From Rickettsia typhi (GTDB taxonomy: Bacteria > Pseudomonadota > Alphaproteobacteria > Rickettsiales > Deianiraeaceae), in assembly GCA_945889175.1 (NCBI GenBank), contig CAMDBF010000003.1, forward strand, positions 223-64,222: a stretch of DNA of 64,000 nucleotides. The letters run 5' to 3'. The notes beneath the pieces are model-generated. The model was not told where the DNA came from. It was given only the letters and a program-made list of their open reading frames with translations, and searched no databases. Shown here one piece after another: positions 62,612 to 64,000 of the stretch (positions within the stretch are counted from its first letter, which is position 1; the number at the start of each line of letters is the position of its first letter). The position numbers and the translations under genes were made by a program.

Positions 62612-64000
62612 ATGACTGCAAAAACGCTTTATGATAAAATTTGGGAACAGCACAAAATACAAACAAACAACGACGACTCACTTATTTACATCGACAGGCA
62701 ACTGATACACGAGGTAACAAGTCCACAAGCTTTTGAAGGCTTAGAACTATCAGGGCGTAAAGTAAAAAATCCTAACTTTAACCTTGCGGTTGCCGATCAT
62801 AATGTTCCAACAGATGGCCACTGGAGAAGCGGCGGAATTAAAGACAAAGAATCCAGAGAGCAAGTTACAGCTCTTGAGGAAAACTGCCAAAAACATGGTA
62901 TAAAAGTTTTTTCTCTTGGACACATCAACCAAGGAGTTGTGCATGTTGTTGGCCCTGAGCTTGGCTTTACACAACCGGGAATGACAATAGTATGCGGCGA
63001 CTCACACACATCAACCCATGGCGCCTTTGGTGCTTTAGCCTTTGGAATTGGAACGAGTGAAGTTGAACATGTTCTTGCTACCCAAACTTTAAGACAAAAA
63101 AAGTCAAAAAACATGCTAGTTAAAATCAACGGCAAACTGCAGAACGGAGTCAGAGCAAAGGATGTTGTTATGGCAATAATAGGTAAGCTTGGCACAGCTG
63201 GCGGCACTGGTTATGTAATAGAATACTCAGGCGAGGCAATAAGAGATATGTCTATGGAGGAAAGAATGACAGTTTGCAACATGACTATAGAGGCTGGTGC
63301 AAGAGCTGGTTTAATTGCAGCTGACGAAACAACTTTTGAGTACTTAAAAAATCGCGAAATGTCACCAAAAGGCAAGGCTTGGGACGATGCTCTTATGTAT
63401 TGGAAGAGCTAAAACACAGATGAAAATGCAATTTTTGATGCTACAATCGAACTTAATGCTCAAAACCTAGAGCCTCAAATAACATGGGGCACAAGTCCAG
63501 AGGATGTTTGCTCGATCAATAGCTTTGTACCAAATGCTTCTAACTATATAAATGAAGGTCGTAGAGAGTCTTTTAAGAGATCTTTAGCTTACATGGGTAT
63601 AGCCGAGGGTCAAAAAATTACAGATATAACAATTGACAAAGTTTTTATAGGCTCTTGCACGAATGCAAGAATTGAAGACTTTAGGGACGCTGCAAAGCTA
63701 GCTGATAAACTAGTAAAACAAGGTAAAAAAATTGCACCAAATATAAAGCTTGCAATGGTAGTGCCTGGTTCCGGACTTGTCAAAATACAGGCCGAAAAGG
63801 AGGGTCTTGATAAGATTTTTATCGCAGCAGGATTTGAGTGGCGAGAACCTGGGTGTTCAATGTGCCTAGCTATGAACAACGACAGACTAAGTGATGGAGA
63901 GAGATGTGTATCAACTTCGAACCGAAACTTTGAAGGTAGACAGGGTCGCGGTGGTAGAACTCACCTTGCAAGCCCCCTTACCGCTATAGCTTGTGCCTTT
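62612..64000 (+). pseudogene. leuC: 3-isopropylmalate dehydratase large subunit with a single in-frame TAA (partial at window end)
   Basis: Collinear with LeuC throughout ('[14 protein letters not shown]', '[34 protein letters not shown]', then after the stop '[10 protein letters not shown]', '[14 protein letters not shown]', '[12 protein letters not shown]', '[12 protein letters not shown]'). TAA at 63410-63412 sits where E. coli LeuC has Leu in 'YWKTLQTDEG'. The frame is unchanged before and after. Confidence 0.85.

Noticed and set aside
63410-63412. Possibility that the leuC TAA reflects stop-codon reassignment
   Set aside because: TAA, TAG and TGA each terminate genes exactly where the family alignments end (e.g. 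hldE ends with TGA, murC with TAA). No other conserved gene here contains internal stops.

Overview
This is a visibly AT-rich, densely coding bacterial chromosome segment. All calls rest on reading the supplied translations and DNA by eye, with no BLAST, HMM or folding run.

Organism (inference): gene content and broken-up operons resemble an obligate intracellular alphaproteobacterium (Rickettsiales/Holosporales-like). Supporting signs are a type-2 IleRS, Rickettsia-like SdhC and VirB4 N-termini, and single stray respiratory genes (atpB, sdhC-like, nuoJ). The T4SS genes virD4 and virB4 are also not in a canonical virB operon.

Housekeeping backbone: atpB, nadA, ybeY, argH, murC, yciB, ileS, terC-family, waaA, nuoJ, ahcY, 2Fe-2S ferredoxin, bioB, ffh, dnaK, ubiG, groEL, yggS, rlmE, hldE, secA, murF, uvrD, maf and a LysR regulator. 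There are three tRNAs: Thr-CGU, Arg-CCG and Gly-GCC. leuC carries a single in-frame TAA.

The unusual parts are:
1. ileS encodes one uninterrupted 1167-aa protein with two GNAT acetyltransferase domains inserted into the synthetase body, one of them inside the CP1 editing domain. The usual C-terminal extension is absent.
2. The 47.8-61.1 kb co-directional block mixes virD4 and virB4 with other envelope and host-interaction genes. These are a secreted Cys-rich protein built of Sushi/CCP-like modules, an XRE regulator paralog and a 693-aa protein. That protein has a prepilin-type N-terminus fused to a phage tail-collar/tail-fibre-tip C-terminus. The block also contains an EptA-like lipid A phosphoethanolamine transferase, an omptin-like outer-membrane barrel and a stand-alone RimL-like GNAT.
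3. An orphan operon sits directly downstream of dnaK, where dnaJ is normally expected. It includes a tandemly duplicated cassette encoding small membrane-anchored twin-CX3C proteins with identical N-termini and unalignable C-termini.
4. A lone SIR2-like (putative NADase) gene is bracketed by GC-rich palindromes and a MITE-like inverted-repeat element. It lies next to groEL, which lacks groES and instead has a restriction-modification gene fragment upstream.

No rRNA, CRISPR array, integrase or transposase was seen.
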